The position numbers and the translations under genes are program-made. This document shows, piece by piece, positions 36,974 to 46,761 of a stretch of 64,000 bases of DNA. Below the pieces are notes generated by a model. It was not told where the DNA came from and did not search any database. It was given only the letters and a program-made list of their open reading frames with translations. Every line of letters starts with the position of its first letter. The stretch's first letter is position 1. The stretch comes from Myxococcota bacterium. GTDB taxonomy: Bacteria; Myxococcota_A; UBA9160; SZUA-336. The DNA lies in assembly GCA_965247115.1 (NCBI GenBank), contig CBDFGR010000002.1:1568001-1632000 (forward strand). Reading direction: 5' to 3'.

Positions 36974-39754
36974 CTACGGCGAGCGAGTGAAGGGGGCCGC
37001 GTGATGGTAGGCGCGCTCGTAGACCCTGCGCACGTCCACCAGGTCGAGGTCGGTCGGCGGAACCGTACTGTCCGCGTCCGCGAAGAAGTGACCGAGGAGC
37101 TCGAGCACGCGCGGTGTGAGCGAGGACCCGACGCGCAGTCCGCGCGCCGTGGTCAGAGCCTGGGCCAGAGTGGGCGAGTCCGGGTCCTCGTGCTGCCACT
37201 CCGCAAAGAGCGTTGCGCAGAGCCCGGCGCGGTGGGCGCAGGTTTCGCCCAGGATGCTCAGTCGCGCGGCGTCCGGGAGGCTGCCGCCCCAGCGCTCCCG
37301 GTAGCGGCGCAGCAGCGAGTTGCTGGCGCCGGTCGCCCTGACTTCCGCTGTGAGCCTGACGGGCAGGAGCGCGCGGCCCTCGGGAGCGAAGAAGGCGCGC
37401 GCGGCCCTGTGGCTGAGAATGGGATGGGCGATGGTGTGGACCTCGTCGGGCAGGTCGGCCGCGTGCACGACGGAGAGCGGCAAGAGCTCGTGTGCGAGCA
37501 GCTCGGGGAGCGAGTCGATCTGGACGCGGTGAAAGGCCGCGGCGAAGCCGTTTGACCAGCGCTTCTCGAGCTCGTCGAGGTCGATGCGGACGTTCGCGGC
37601 ACGGAAGCCCAGGATCATGAGATCGCCGCGCTGCGAGTACCAGACCCCCACCTGCTCGAAGACCTCACTGAACGTCCGCAGCACCACGCCGACGGTGCGG
37701 GAGTCCGTTTCGTAGGTGTGGAACCACTGCAGGTAGACGCCCTCCGGTGAGAGGCGCGCCCGCGCGGCCTCCAGGAACTCCAGGCTGAAGAGCATCTCGA
37801 CGCCCGTCACCCAGGGGTTGCTCGGCTCGGAGACGATCACGTCGTAGTGTCCCTCGCTGCGGAGCAGCGCGCGGTAGGCGTCGCCGACGATGATGCGTGT
37901 CTTGGGACTCGCGGCAGCACGCTCGTAAGACTCGAAGTACTGAGCGGCCTCCATCACGCCGGTGGAGATCTCCGCAACGCGCACCTCTCGGATCGAGGGG
38001 AGGGAAGTCAGCTCCGCGACGCTCACGCCAGTTCCGTAGCCGACGACGAAGGCGCGTTCGGGCTTTGGGGTCAGGAGCGCTGGCAAGAGCGACGCCATCG
38101 ACATGGTGAGGTAGTCGCCGGGCACGTTGCCGTCCGACTTGCCGTTATTGATGATGGCGGTCACAGGCACACCGCTCGAATCCGGGTAGCGGAAGACCGC
38201 GACGGACGTGGACGGGTCGTCGTTGTAGTAGGCGATGTAGTCGCCGCTGCGCAGCTTGCGGTACTCGGCGAAGAACGTTTCCGCTCCCTCTCTCGAGTAG
38301 GGCAGCGGCTCGCGGTGTCTGAACAGTCCCGCAGATAGCTTGTAAGGGGACCACGCCGGCTGAAGTCCTACGGCAAGGAGCGCGAGGCAGAGGCCGACGA
38401 GCCCGACCGTTCGGCCTCGGGGCGAAACCCGCGCGCAGAGGAGCACGGCGCCGATCGCCAGTGCCATCGTGGCCAGCCAGTAGACCTGATGCAGGTCCAG
38501 CCAGAAGAGCAGGGCGTAGCCGCCGAGCAACGCGCCGAGCAAGGAGCCGAACGTGTTCCAGCTGTAGAGACTGCCGGCCGCGCTCCCGAGCTGTCCCGCC
38601 TCCCTGCGCAGCTGGTGGAAGAGCAGCGGGAGCGTGGCGCCGGACAGGGCGAGGGGCACCAGGAACACGCCGAGAATGGCGCCAAAGACGGCCAGGTGGA
38701 ACGGAAAGAAGTTCGCGTCCTGGTTGCTGAAGCTGGAGCGCAGCAAGTGTCCCCAGTAGGGTGCGTCCTCGATCACCGGGTAGAGCGCCAGCAGGATCGC
38801 GACGAGCAGCCACTGCGAGACCGGGAGCAGTGCCGGAGGGATGCGGCGCAGCGCGGACACCGCGAAGCTGCCGAGCGCGATGCAAAGCACGAAGCACGCG
38901 ACGATCATCGAGAAGGTGAACTGCGAGGCGCCGAGGGCCAGCGCGCCCACACGATTCAGGATGGTCTGGATCGTCATCATGGCAAAGCCAGACAGCAGCG
39001 CGACGCTCGCGCAGACTGTTGCCGGGTGGCGCAGGTGGAGCGCGCCGGCGGGTGCTGGCTCGGACGCGGACTCGGGAGGCGACTCGGACTCCGGCTCGAG
39101 CGCCGAACCCAGGAAGCCGAAGATCCCGCCCGCTCCCAGGTTCACCAGCGCCATCGTCAGCATCACCCCGCCGAGGCCGAGCCACGGAATCAGGAAGAAG
39201 CTCGCGCACAGCGCGCCGGCAAACGCTCCGGCCGTGTTGAATCCGTACACGAAAGCGTGTAGTCGCGTGGAGTCCTCCAGGCTTCGCGCCAGCGACTGGG
39301 TGAGCAGCGGGATGGTCCCGCCCATGAGCACTGACGGCGGGCCGACGAGCAGGGTGCAGAGCCCCGCGTCAATCCCGAAGGCCAGTCCCGGCGACCCGTG
39401 CGGGATCCAGAGCGAGAGCTTCTGGATGCCGAGGAAGAGCAGCGGGAAGCAGAGCGCGTAGACGCCGATCCCGGCTTCGATCATCCCGTAGAGGAGCAAG
39501 AGCCGGGCAGGGCTACCGCCGGAGCAGCTGCGCTGGATACGCCGCCGTGCGACCCGACCAAAGAGCGCGTAGCCCACGGCCAGACCGCCCAGAAAGATAC
39601 CGAGCACCGTAGCCGTGGCCTCGCTGTCGGAGCCGAGCAGGGCGGCGAGGTACTTCTGCCACGTGACCTCGTAGACCAGGCCGGTGAAGCCGGTCAGCAG
39701 GGTCAGGAAGAGAGCAACCCTCCGAACCGTTCCCGAGCTCTCGACTGACGACAT
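36974..39754 (-). CDS. Fused multi-TM (MFS-like)/spermidine synthase-like SAM-domain protein
   Basis: Motifs GFTGLVYEV.W, MGGTIPLL, Y..NT.G...G, VVGYGTGVS, DVIVSEPSNPW..G, F..EF. Confidence 0.9.
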   Translation of the reverse strand: MSSVESSGTVRRVALFLTLLTGFTGLVYEVTWQKYLAALLGSDSEATATVLGIFLGGLAVGYALFGRVARRRIQRSCSGGSPARLLLLYGMIEAGIGVYALCFPLLFLGIQKLSLWIPHGSPGLAFGIDAGLCTLLVGPPSVLMGGTIPLLTQSLARSLEDSTRLHAFVYGFNTAGAFAGALCASFFLIPWLGLGGVMLTMALVNLGAGGIFGFLGSALEPESESPPESASEPAPAGALHLRHPATVCASVALLSGFAMMTIQTILNRVGALALGASQFTFSMIVACFVLCIALGSFAVSALRRIPPALLPVSQWLLVAILLALYPVIEDAPYWGHLLRSSFSNQDANFFPFHLAVFGAILGVFLVPLALSGATLPLLFHQLRREAGQLGSAAGSLYSWNTFGSLLGALLGGYALLFWLDLHQVYWLATMALAIGAVLLCARVSPRGRTVGLVGLCLALLAVGLQPAWSPYKLSAGLFRHREPLPYSREGAETFFAEYRKLRSGDYIAYYNDDPSTSVAVFRYPDSSGVPVTAIINNGKSDGNVPGDYLTMSMASLLPALLTPKPERAFVVGYGTGVSVAELTSLPSIREVRVAEISTGVMEAAQYFESYERAAASPKTRIIVGDAYRALLRSEGHYDVIVSEPSNPWVTGVEMLFSLEFLEAARARLSPEGVYLQWFHTYETDSRTVGVVLRTFSEVFEQVGVWYSQRGDLMILGFRAANVRIDLDELEKRWSNGFAAAFHRVQIDSLPELLAHELLPLSVVHAADLPDEVHTIAHPILSHRAARAFFAPEGRALLPVRLTAEVRATGASNSLLRRYRERWGGSLPDAARLSILGETCAHRAGLCATLFAEWQHEDPDSPTLAQALTTARGLRVGSSLTPRVLELLGHFFADADSTVPPTDLDLVDVRRVYERAYHHAAPFTRSP

Positions 39755-39845
39755 CCCGTCTCCCCGTGGCTCCTGGACCGCCATCGGAGAGATCGCCCCC
39801 GACATGTACAACGCTGGCGACGCTGACGCTCAGGGACCCGCAAGG

Positions 39846-40031
39846 CGCAAGCCGCGCCGATGGCGCGGCACGCAGTGAGCCGAAGGCGAACGAAGAGCGG
39901 GTGGTGCGCGACCGCTCGCGCTCCGGGACCCGCAAGGCGCAAGCCGCGCCGATGGCGCGGTACGCAGTGAGCCGAAGGCGAACGGAGAGCGGGTGGCGCG
40001 CGACCGCTCGCGCGCCGGGGACCCGCAAGAC
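39846..40031 (-). repeat. Two tandem 92-bp family A units (reverse)
   Basis: Units start at 39846 and 39938; reverse complement of 2127-2219. A partial third terminus lies at about 39833-39845. Confidence 0.9.
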
Positions 40032-40072
40032 AGGCAGCTGATAGACTCGCCCCCAACCAGAGGAGCGCTGCG

Positions 40073-40933
40073 ATGGAGCTGGGAGCCGTCTTTCCTCAGA
40101 GCGAGATCGGGAACGATCCCTCTGCGATCCGCGACTTTGCGCAGGCGGCGGAGTCGCTCGGCTTCACGCACCTCCTCATCTACGACCACGTGCTGGGGGC
40201 AGAACGCGATCGCCCAGGTGGCTTTACCGGTCCCTACGACATGGACACACCCTTTCACGAGCCTTTCGTCACGCTCGGCTTCCTCTCCGCGGTGACGAGC
40301 ACGATCGAGTTCTGCACTGCAGTATTGATCCTCCCGCAGCGTCAGGCGGCGCTCGTAGCGAAGCAGGCCGCCGAGCTGGACGTGTTGTCCGGCGGGCGCT
40401 TTCGCCTGGGGATCGGGACCGGCTGGAATCAGGTGGAGTACGAGGCCCTGAACGAGAACTTCCACGATCGCGGCAAGCGGCAGGAAGAGCAGGTCACGCT
40501 CATGCGGACGCTCTGGGACAAGGACGTCTTCAGCTTCGAAGGACGCTGGCATACCGTGACCCGAGCAGGCATCAACCCGCGACCCGCGCGCCCGATCCCG
40601 ATCTGGTTCGGAGGTAGCGCGGACGTCCTGCTGCGGCGGACCGCGCGCATGGGCGATGGCTGGATCCCGCTCATGGGACCGAACGACGAGGCCAAGACCG
40701 CGCTCGGCACGCTGCGCGGGTACCTCGAGGCAGAGGGTCGCGGCGCGTCGTCCTTCGGTATTCAAGCGCAAGCCCAGGCACGAGGCGGCAACCCCGAGCG
40801 CTGGTCCCGGCACGCCGAGGCGTGGCGCGATCTAGGCGCGACTCACCTCGCTATCGCCACCATGAACGCGGGCTTCGCGTCCCCCGGCGACCACATCGAC
40901 GCCATTCGCCGCTACAGGGAAGCAGTCAGCTAG
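40073..40933 (+). CDS. LLM-class F420-dependent oxidoreductase
   Basis: Motifs FAQAAESLGF, YDHVLG, FHEPFV.LG, LPQRQ.ALVAKQAAELDVLSGGR.RLGIG.GWN..EY. Confidence 0.92.
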   Translation: MELGAVFPQSEIGNDPSAIRDFAQAAESLGFTHLLIYDHVLGAERDRPGGFTGPYDMDTPFHEPFVTLGFLSAVTSTIEFCTAVLILPQRQAALVAKQAAELDVLSGGRFRLGIGTGWNQVEYEALNENFHDRGKRQEEQVTLMRTLWDKDVFSFEGRWHTVTRAGINPRPARPIPIWFGGSADVLLRRTARMGDGWIPLMGPNDEAKTALGTLRGYLEAEGRGASSFGIQAQAQARGGNPERWSRHAEAWRDLGATHLAIATMNAGFASPGDHIDAIRRYREAVS

Positions 40934-40942
40934 AGAGCGACG

Positions 40943-41887
40943 TTAGCGGGCCAGCTCGGCCATCAGTGAGAAGAGCTCGACCGTGTTGGGGCGCGCGGTG
41001 TCGTCGCCGAACTCCCTGTAGAGCGTGTGCACGTTCACCGCGATGCGCTCCCCATCCGTCCAGGCGCTGTAGTCGTCGAGCGCGATGTCGCGGGCAGCAT
41101 CCGCCGCCGACAGCCCGGCCTCGTAACGGGCCCGCGCCTCGTCGCGGATGTAGACCAGGTACTCGCGCATCGCGAGCACGCCGTCTCGATCCGTGATCGG
41201 ACCATGCCCCGGCACGATCGCCTCGGCGTCCATCTCCACGATCATGTCGCAGGCCCGGATCCAGTTCCCGACGGGGCCCTCCCAGATGACGGGTGTTCCG
41301 TTGATGAAGAGGATGTCCCCGGTATAGACGACGCGGTCCGAAGGAACGTGCACCAGCACGTCTCCCCGCGTGTGCGCTGGACCGACGTCGATCAGCCGAA
41401 CCTCCTTGGACCCCACGCGCCGCGTGACACTGCCCTCGAAGGTCTCGGTGGGAGGTGCGAAGGCGTTCTCGCTCCAGTCGAAGGGCGCAAAGATCCGCGC
41501 GAGAAACTCTCCCGCGGCACCCATCTCGCTGGCCCGGCCGACGAGCTGTCCCATGCGATCGGGTGCCAGCTCAGCCATCTCCTCGGCACTCGCCCGCGAC
41601 GCGATGATCGTCCCCGCCTCCGCAAGCCGGTTCCCGTAGCAATGGTCCCCGTTCGCGTGCGTGTTCACGAGGGCATCGATCCGCTGCGCCGCCGGACTCG
41701 CCTTGCGCATGCTCTTGAGCATCTCCCGGGTCAGCTTCGCATCAAACAGCGTATCGACGAGCAGCGACTCCCCCCCGTCGGTAATCAGCCCCGCATTGCT
41801 CCACCCCCACGACCCGTCAGGCTGCAGGTAGGCAAAGTCCCCGTTTCCGATCTCTTGCAATCCCTTCGAAAACGCCCAGTCACTCAT
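40943..41887 (-). CDS. MBL-fold metallo-hydrolase (cyclase-like)
   Basis: Motifs SNAG, LVDT, NTHANGDHCYGN, AHTRGD, GDILF, VPGHG. Confidence 0.92.
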   Translation of the reverse strand: MSDWAFSKGLQEIGNGDFAYLQPDGSWGWSNAGLITDGGESLLVDTLFDAKLTREMLKSMRKASPAAQRIDALVNTHANGDHCYGNRLAEAGTIIASRASAEEMAELAPDRMGQLVGRASEMGAAGEFLARIFAPFDWSENAFAPPTETFEGSVTRRVGSKEVRLIDVGPAHTRGDVLVHVPSDRVVYTGDILFINGTPVIWEGPVGNWIRACDMIVEMDAEAIVPGHGPITDRDGVLAMREYLVYIRDEARARYEAGLSAADAARDIALDDYSAWTDGERIAVNVHTLYREFGDDTARPNTVELFSLMAELAR

Positions 41888-41944
41888 GAGGAGACCCTAC
41901 CATGGCCCTCCGACTCCGAGCACACTAGAAACAAACCCCCGCAT

Positions 41945-42025
41945 CCGAACTTGGGGACGGTCCTTAATCCGAACTTAAGCCTCGGTGACTAGGAAGTTCG
42001 GATTAAGGACCGTCCCTAAGTTCGG
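41945..42025. repeat. Family D inverted pair (32-bp arms, 17-nt spacer)
   Basis: CCGAACTTGGGGACGGTCCTTAATCCGAACTT and its reverse complement, with 1 mismatch. Confidence 0.88.
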
Positions 42026-42080
42026 GTGCCGTTTGGCACTGAGGCGTGGGATGGTCCCGTCGCCCCGACGGGGTAAGTTC

Positions 42081-42611
42081 CTAGTCGACGAAGGGCCACA
42101 GCAGGCGCTGGCTTCCTGCGTCCATCGACTCCGGGTCGCGGATGTAGAAGAGGTCTCCTGCTACGTCGCGGATGATCAGGCCTCCGCCCGGGACCTCGCG
42201 GGGCCACTCGTCTCGTGGTGTCTGGAAGGAGCGCGGGCCGTGGAACGTGTGGACCTTCCAGTTGCGGATCTCGATCTCCTCGTCGATCGAGAGCAGCTCC
42301 TCGATCTCGAGCACGAAGCCGGCCTCGGCCAAAGCGAGCTCCAGCGCCTGCCGGGACTCCGCGTCGAGCTCTCCCATCTCAGTGATCAGTGCGACCTCCT
42401 CCTCGTCGTCCCTGAGCGAGACGTAGCGGGTCGGTTCGGACCACGGGAAGCAGCGGCAGACAACGACCGGCCGGGGCTCCCCGCGACCGTGCGCCCAGAG
42501 TCTCCCGTCGTCGCGCCGCTCGAGGCGCAGTGCGGGCGCGGCGCCTCGCGTGCGCCGCATCCGATCTATGGGGGGAGTTTTCCTCTTTGCCTTCTCTTCC
42601 GCTCTCAGCAT
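42081..42611 (-). CDS. DUF1854 domain protein
   Basis: RCFPWSEP.RYVSLRD...EEV...W.V.T..G.R.F...IRDVAGD.FYI.D...MD..S; GGAGG RBS; directly after an ABC transporter. Confidence 0.85.
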   Translation of the reverse strand: MLRAEEKAKRKTPPIDRMRRTRGAAPALRLERRDDGRLWAHGRGEPRPVVVCRCFPWSEPTRYVSLRDDEEEVALITEMGELDAESRQALELALAEAGFVLEIEELLSIDEEIEIRNWKVHTFHGPRSFQTPRDEWPREVPGGGLIIRDVAGDLFYIRDPESMDAGSQRLLWPFVD

Positions 42612-42630
42612 TCTGTGTTCCTCCGTGCGC

Positions 42631-44916
42631 TCAGACGTCTTCATGAAGCTCGATCTGCATCCGGTGCAGTCGTGTGTAGATTCCCTTGTCGTTTGCCAGC
42701 AGCTCAGCGTGCGTCCCGCACTCGACAATCTTGCCCTCGTCGATCACGATCAGCCTGTCTGCGCGCTTGAGCGTCGAAAGGCGGTGCGCGATCGCGAATG
42801 TCGTGCGCCCAGCGACGAGCCTCGACAGCGCGTCCTGGATCTTCCACTCCGTCTCCGTGTCGACGCTGCTCGTGGCCTCGTCCAGGATCAAGATGCGCGG
42901 GTTGTGCAGGATGGCCCGCGCGATCGAGATCCGTTGGCGCTCCCCACCAGACAGCGTCTGGCCGCGTTCACCGACCAGCGTGTCGTAGCCGTGGGCCAGC
43001 TTGCAGATGAAGTCGTGGGCGTTCGCGGCCCGAGCGGCCTCTACGACTTGATCCACCGTCGCCGTGGGCTCTGCGTAGCGAATGTTCTCGAGGATGGTTC
43101 CGAAGAACAGGTAGGGGTCCTGCAGAACCATTCCCATCTGCTCGCGGTAGCTCCCGCTGTCCAGGTCGCGGATGTCCACCCCGTCGATCCGCACGGTCCC
43201 GCTCGTAGCGTCGTAGAAGCGAGCGATCAGGTTCACGACGGTCGTCTTGCCACCCCCCGAAGGCCCTACGAGACCGATCATCTCTCCGAGCTTGGCCTCG
43301 AAGCTGATGCCCTTCAGCACCTGCCGCACTCCGTCGTACGCGAAGGTGACGTTCTCGAAGCTCACGTCCCCTTGCAGCGGGCGGAGCACCAGCGGGTTCT
43401 CCGCGTCGCGGACCTCCGGTCGAGTGTCCAGCACCTCGAACACGCGGTGGGCGGAGCTCGTCGCGCGGTTCATGATCCTGGCCATCTGCCCGAAAATCTC
43501 GATGGGCGCGCCGAACATGGTCATGTAGAGCAGGAAGGACACGAAGGTCCCTGCGCTCAGCGATGGGCCGCTCGTCTCGGCTCCGACCAGGCGGGGAACC
43601 GCGAAGACCCAGACCGTCACCACCATGGCGTGTACGGCGAGCGTCAGCACGGGCCAGAACGAGGTCCAGACACCGTGGATCCGATTGAACTCCTTCACCA
43701 CCTCGTAGTTGCGGTGACCGAAGCGCCGCTTCTCGCGCTCCTCCTGGTTGAAGGCCTTGACCACGCGCATGCCAGGGATGGTGTCCGAGAGGACGTCGGT
43801 CACGCTCGACCACTTTCTCCAGGCACGCAGGAACATCTCGTTCATGCGCTGGCCGTGACGGAAGATGCCCCAGCACAGCAGCGGCACGGGCAGGGTCATG
43901 ATCAGGCCGAGCTTCCAGTCCAGGTAGATCAGCACGCTCGAGAGCCCGACCAAGGTGACGCCGGCGAGCGAGACGTCCACCACGCCGAGGGCGAGGAACT
44001 CCCAGAGCCGGTCCGTGTCGTTGGTGACCCGGGTGATCAGGCTTCCCGTCTTCTTGCGCGAGAAGAAGCTGAGCGAGAGCGACTGCAGGTGCTCGTAGAG
44101 GTCCGTGCGTAGATCGCGGGCCACGAACTCGCCGAGCACCGCCATCAGGCGCAGGCGCACCCAGTTGCAGAGCTGGCGCAGCAGGTACACGAAGGCCAGC
44201 CCGGCCACCGCGATCCAGGCGATCATCGCCGCTCGCTCCACGCCGAGCGCGCCCGACTGGGCGGGGGCGATCACCGAGTCGATCAGGTAGCCGCTGATGT
44301 AAGGCGGTATGAGCACGCAGACCGTGAGCAGGGTGGTCGCCGTCATCCCCAGGGCGAAGTCCCGCCGGTACGGGTAGAGGTAGGCCAGCAGCCGCCACAG
44401 AACCGCGCTGCGCCTGTGCGCGACGAGCGCCTGTGCGTCGCGGATGGGCCGGGCCAGACTCTCGACGTACTCCCGGTCGGGATCGGGCGTGGGGATCTCC
44501 ACGCCCTCGAGCTGACGCTCGATCACGAACGAGATGTTCTCGATGGCCTTCCGCTGCCGCTGCGTGTAGCGCAACACCGCTAGCGCGGGCTCGCCCGGTC
44601 TGCCCATGATCGAGAGCACGTTGCAGCTGAGTCCGGGGGTCTCGGTCAGGTCGCGGATCTGACTGCGCGGATAGCTCTGGATCTCGGGCTCCCCGCCGGC
44701 AACGGGCTGCCGGGCGATGGCCAGGTGCTCCTTCCCCAATGCGAGCCAGATCCGCGCGAGTCGCATCGACGGGTCCAGGTCGGCCATGGCGTACAGCTGC
44801 ACGGGCGCGCCGTCCCAGCGCCTCTCGATCGCGCGCCGCAACTCTAGGGGCAGCAGCGTCGGCTGGTCGGTGTACCGAGCGACGATTTCCAGGTCGGAGT
44901 CTTTTGTCTCGATCAT
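42631..44916 (-). CDS. ABC exporter, fused permease/ATPase with N-terminal extension
   Basis: Six-TM domain, GPSGGGKT, LSGGERQRISIARA, LILDEATSSVD, IAHRLST. Confidence 0.94.
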   Translation of the reverse strand: MIETKDSDLEIVARYTDQPTLLPLELRRAIERRWDGAPVQLYAMADLDPSMRLARIWLALGKEHLAIARQPVAGGEPEIQSYPRSQIRDLTETPGLSCNVLSIMGRPGEPALAVLRYTQRQRKAIENISFVIERQLEGVEIPTPDPDREYVESLARPIRDAQALVAHRRSAVLWRLLAYLYPYRRDFALGMTATTLLTVCVLIPPYISGYLIDSVIAPAQSGALGVERAAMIAWIAVAGLAFVYLLRQLCNWVRLRLMAVLGEFVARDLRTDLYEHLQSLSLSFFSRKKTGSLITRVTNDTDRLWEFLALGVVDVSLAGVTLVGLSSVLIYLDWKLGLIMTLPVPLLCWGIFRHGQRMNEMFLRAWRKWSSVTDVLSDTIPGMRVVKAFNQEEREKRRFGHRNYEVVKEFNRIHGVWTSFWPVLTLAVHAMVVTVWVFAVPRLVGAETSGPSLSAGTFVSFLLYMTMFGAPIEIFGQMARIMNRATSSAHRVFEVLDTRPEVRDAENPLVLRPLQGDVSFENVTFAYDGVRQVLKGISFEAKLGEMIGLVGPSGGGKTTVVNLIARFYDATSGTVRIDGVDIRDLDSGSYREQMGMVLQDPYLFFGTILENIRYAEPTATVDQVVEAARAANAHDFICKLAHGYDTLVGERGQTLSGGERQRISIARAILHNPRILILDEATSSVDTETEWKIQDALSRLVAGRTTFAIAHRLSTLKRADRLIVIDEGKIVECGTHAELLANDKGIYTRLHRMQIELHEDV

Positions 44917-44967
44917 CTGTGGAGTCTCTCCACGCTCTCGGCAGCGCTGGCCCAATTGAGTTCGCGC

Positions 44968-45008
44968 AAAAGAAAAGGCCTCTCGGAGTCATGCACACCC
45001 GAAAGGCC
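44968..45008 (-). terminator. Intrinsic terminator-like hairpin in the ABC transporter leader
   Basis: Minus strand reads GGCCTTTCGG...CCGAGAGGCC-TTTTCTTTT, about 50 nt before the ABC start. Confidence 0.7.
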
Positions 45009-45038
45009 GGTTCTCCACGGTTCTGGAACTCGGGTCCT

Positions 45039-45203
45039 CTAGGGTGCCCCCTTCTGTTCGTCAGCGGCGCCGCGCGGCCCCGACGAGCTCGAGCGGTTTT
45101 TCGCCTTCCCGATCCGCCAGGGGACGGACGGCCACGGCCCCTCCAGCAGCATCTCGAAGAGAGAGTCGCTCCGGGGCACAGCTGTGCCGAAGAGAGCGTG
45201 CAT
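45039..45203 (-). CDS. Possible 54-aa leader peptide
   Basis: ORF MHALFGTAVPRSDSLFEMLLEGPWPSVPWRIG... ends 30 nt before the hairpin. No strong RBS. Confidence 0.3.
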   Translation of the reverse strand: MHALFGTAVPRSDSLFEMLLEGPWPSVPWRIGKAKNRSSSSGPRGAADEQKGAP

Positions 45204-45339
45204 GCGGGTCACCGGAAGGTCTGGAATCTCATGATCTGTCCCGAGTGAGCCGGGCAATGTACAGGTTCGCTTCTGGCCGTCAACCAGCTGACGCGGGGCG
45301 GCTGGTGTTCCCCGGTGTCAGGCCTAGAATCGGGCTTCC

Positions 45340-46548
45340 GTGAGGGGGTCGATCACGCTAGAGGGGATCCGCGCGGCGGCGCTGGCCATCCAGGGGACCG
45401 TCGCCCGCACCCCTGCCGCATGCTCCGTCACCCTGTCGGAGCTCACGGGCGCCGAGCTGATCCTCAAATTCGAGAACTTGCAGTTCACCGGCTCCTTCAA
45501 AGAGCGCGGAGCTCTCGTCAAGCTGCTCGCTCTGCCTCCCGAGGTTCGCGAGGCTGGCGTGCTCGCCATATCGCGCGGCAACCACGCGCTTGCGGTCGCC
45601 TATCACGGACAGCGGCTCGGCGTGCCAGTCACGATCGTGATGCCGCGACACACCCCCAACGTGAAGGTCGAGCACACCCGCCGGTTCGGGGCCGAGGTGG
45701 TCCTGCACGGCGAGGGACTCGCGGAAGTGAGCGAGTTTGCGCTTGCGCTGGTGCGCGAGCGCAAGCTGACCCTGATTCACCCCTACGACGATCCCGACGT
45801 GATCCGTGGACAGGGAACCATCGCGCTGGAGCTGCTCGAGGCTTTTCCTGAGCTCGATGTGCTGGTCGTCCCGGTTGGTGGCGGCGGGCTCATCGCGGGG
45901 AACGCCGTCGCGGCGAAGGGGATTCGTCCGGAGATCGAGATCCTGGGCGTGCAGGCAGCGCGTTTCCCCGCCATGAAGCAGCGCCTTGCGGGCGAGCCGG
46001 TCGAGTGTGGGAACGCCACCCTCGCAGACGGCATCGCTGTGCACCAGCCCGGTGAGCTGACCCTGCCGCTGGTGCGTACCCTCGTGAGCGAGATCCTGCT
46101 CGTCGAGGAAGATGCGTTGGAGGAGGCGGTATTGCTCCTGCTCGAGATCGAGAAGACGGTCGTCGAGGGAGCGGGGGCCGCAGGGCTGGCTGCTGTGCTG
46201 CGCAATCCGCAGCGCTTCCGTGGCAAGCGGGTCGGCCTGATCCTGAGCGGGGGGAACATCGATCTGCTGCCGCTGTCTTCGGTAATCCAGCGCGGGCTGG
46301 TCCGGACCGGGCGCCTGGTCCGCATCCGTGTGGAAGTGCCGGACGTTCCGGGGGGGCTCGCCGATATGACCCGCGTAATCGGGGACGCAGGGGGCGGCAT
46401 CGTGGACGTGGTACACCAGCGGGCGTTCACGCAACTCTCGCTCGAGTCCGCCGAGGTGGATCTGGCGATCCAGGCTCGGGGGTTGGAGCATGTGAGGGAG
46501 ATTCTCGAGGCTCTGCGGTCGGAGGGATACGCGGCGGTTTCGGTTTGA
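45340..46548 (+). CDS. Threonine ammonia-lyase with C-terminal ACT domain
   Basis: Motifs LKFENLQFTGSFKERGA (PLP Lys), GNHA, GQGTIALE, PVGGGGLI, SGGNID; ACT D.PG.L. Confidence 0.93.
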   Translation: MRGSITLEGIRAAALAIQGTVARTPAACSVTLSELTGAELILKFENLQFTGSFKERGALVKLLALPPEVREAGVLAISRGNHALAVAYHGQRLGVPVTIVMPRHTPNVKVEHTRRFGAEVVLHGEGLAEVSEFALALVRERKLTLIHPYDDPDVIRGQGTIALELLEAFPELDVLVVPVGGGGLIAGNAVAAKGIRPEIEILGVQAARFPAMKQRLAGEPVECGNATLADGIAVHQPGELTLPLVRTLVSEILLVEEDALEEAVLLLLEIEKTVVEGAGAAGLAAVLRNPQRFRGKRVGLILSGGNIDLLPLSSVIQRGLVRTGRLVRIRVEVPDVPGGLADMTRVIGDAGGGIVDVVHQRAFTQLSLESAEVDLAIQARGLEHVREILEALRSEGYAAVSV

Positions 46549-46594
46549 GCCTGGTCTGAGTGTATGCCTGGTTTGAGTCTATGTAGGGGAGGTC

Positions 46595-46705
46595 GGTCGG
46601 AGGTCGGGAGCGTCCCCGCCGGATCTCGCTACTCAGCTGAGCCTGCGTCGAGCACGCCTCGGGCACCGCTACACGATCCGGCGGGGACGCTCCCGACCTC
46701 CGACC
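46595..46705 (+). repeat. Family C hairpin element, copy 2
   Basis: 31-bp perfect IR (46595-46625 / 46675-46705) around the 49-nt conserved loop. Confidence 0.92.
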
Positions 46706-46761
46706 TCCTTGCCCGAACGTTTCCGAGCCGTCGTCGGGGGGGTATAGGTTGGGGACGGTCC

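Noticed and set aside
45005..45040. T-box riboswitch upstream of the ABC transporter
   Set aside because: No GGTGG-ACC T-box consensus or specifier stem is recognisable.
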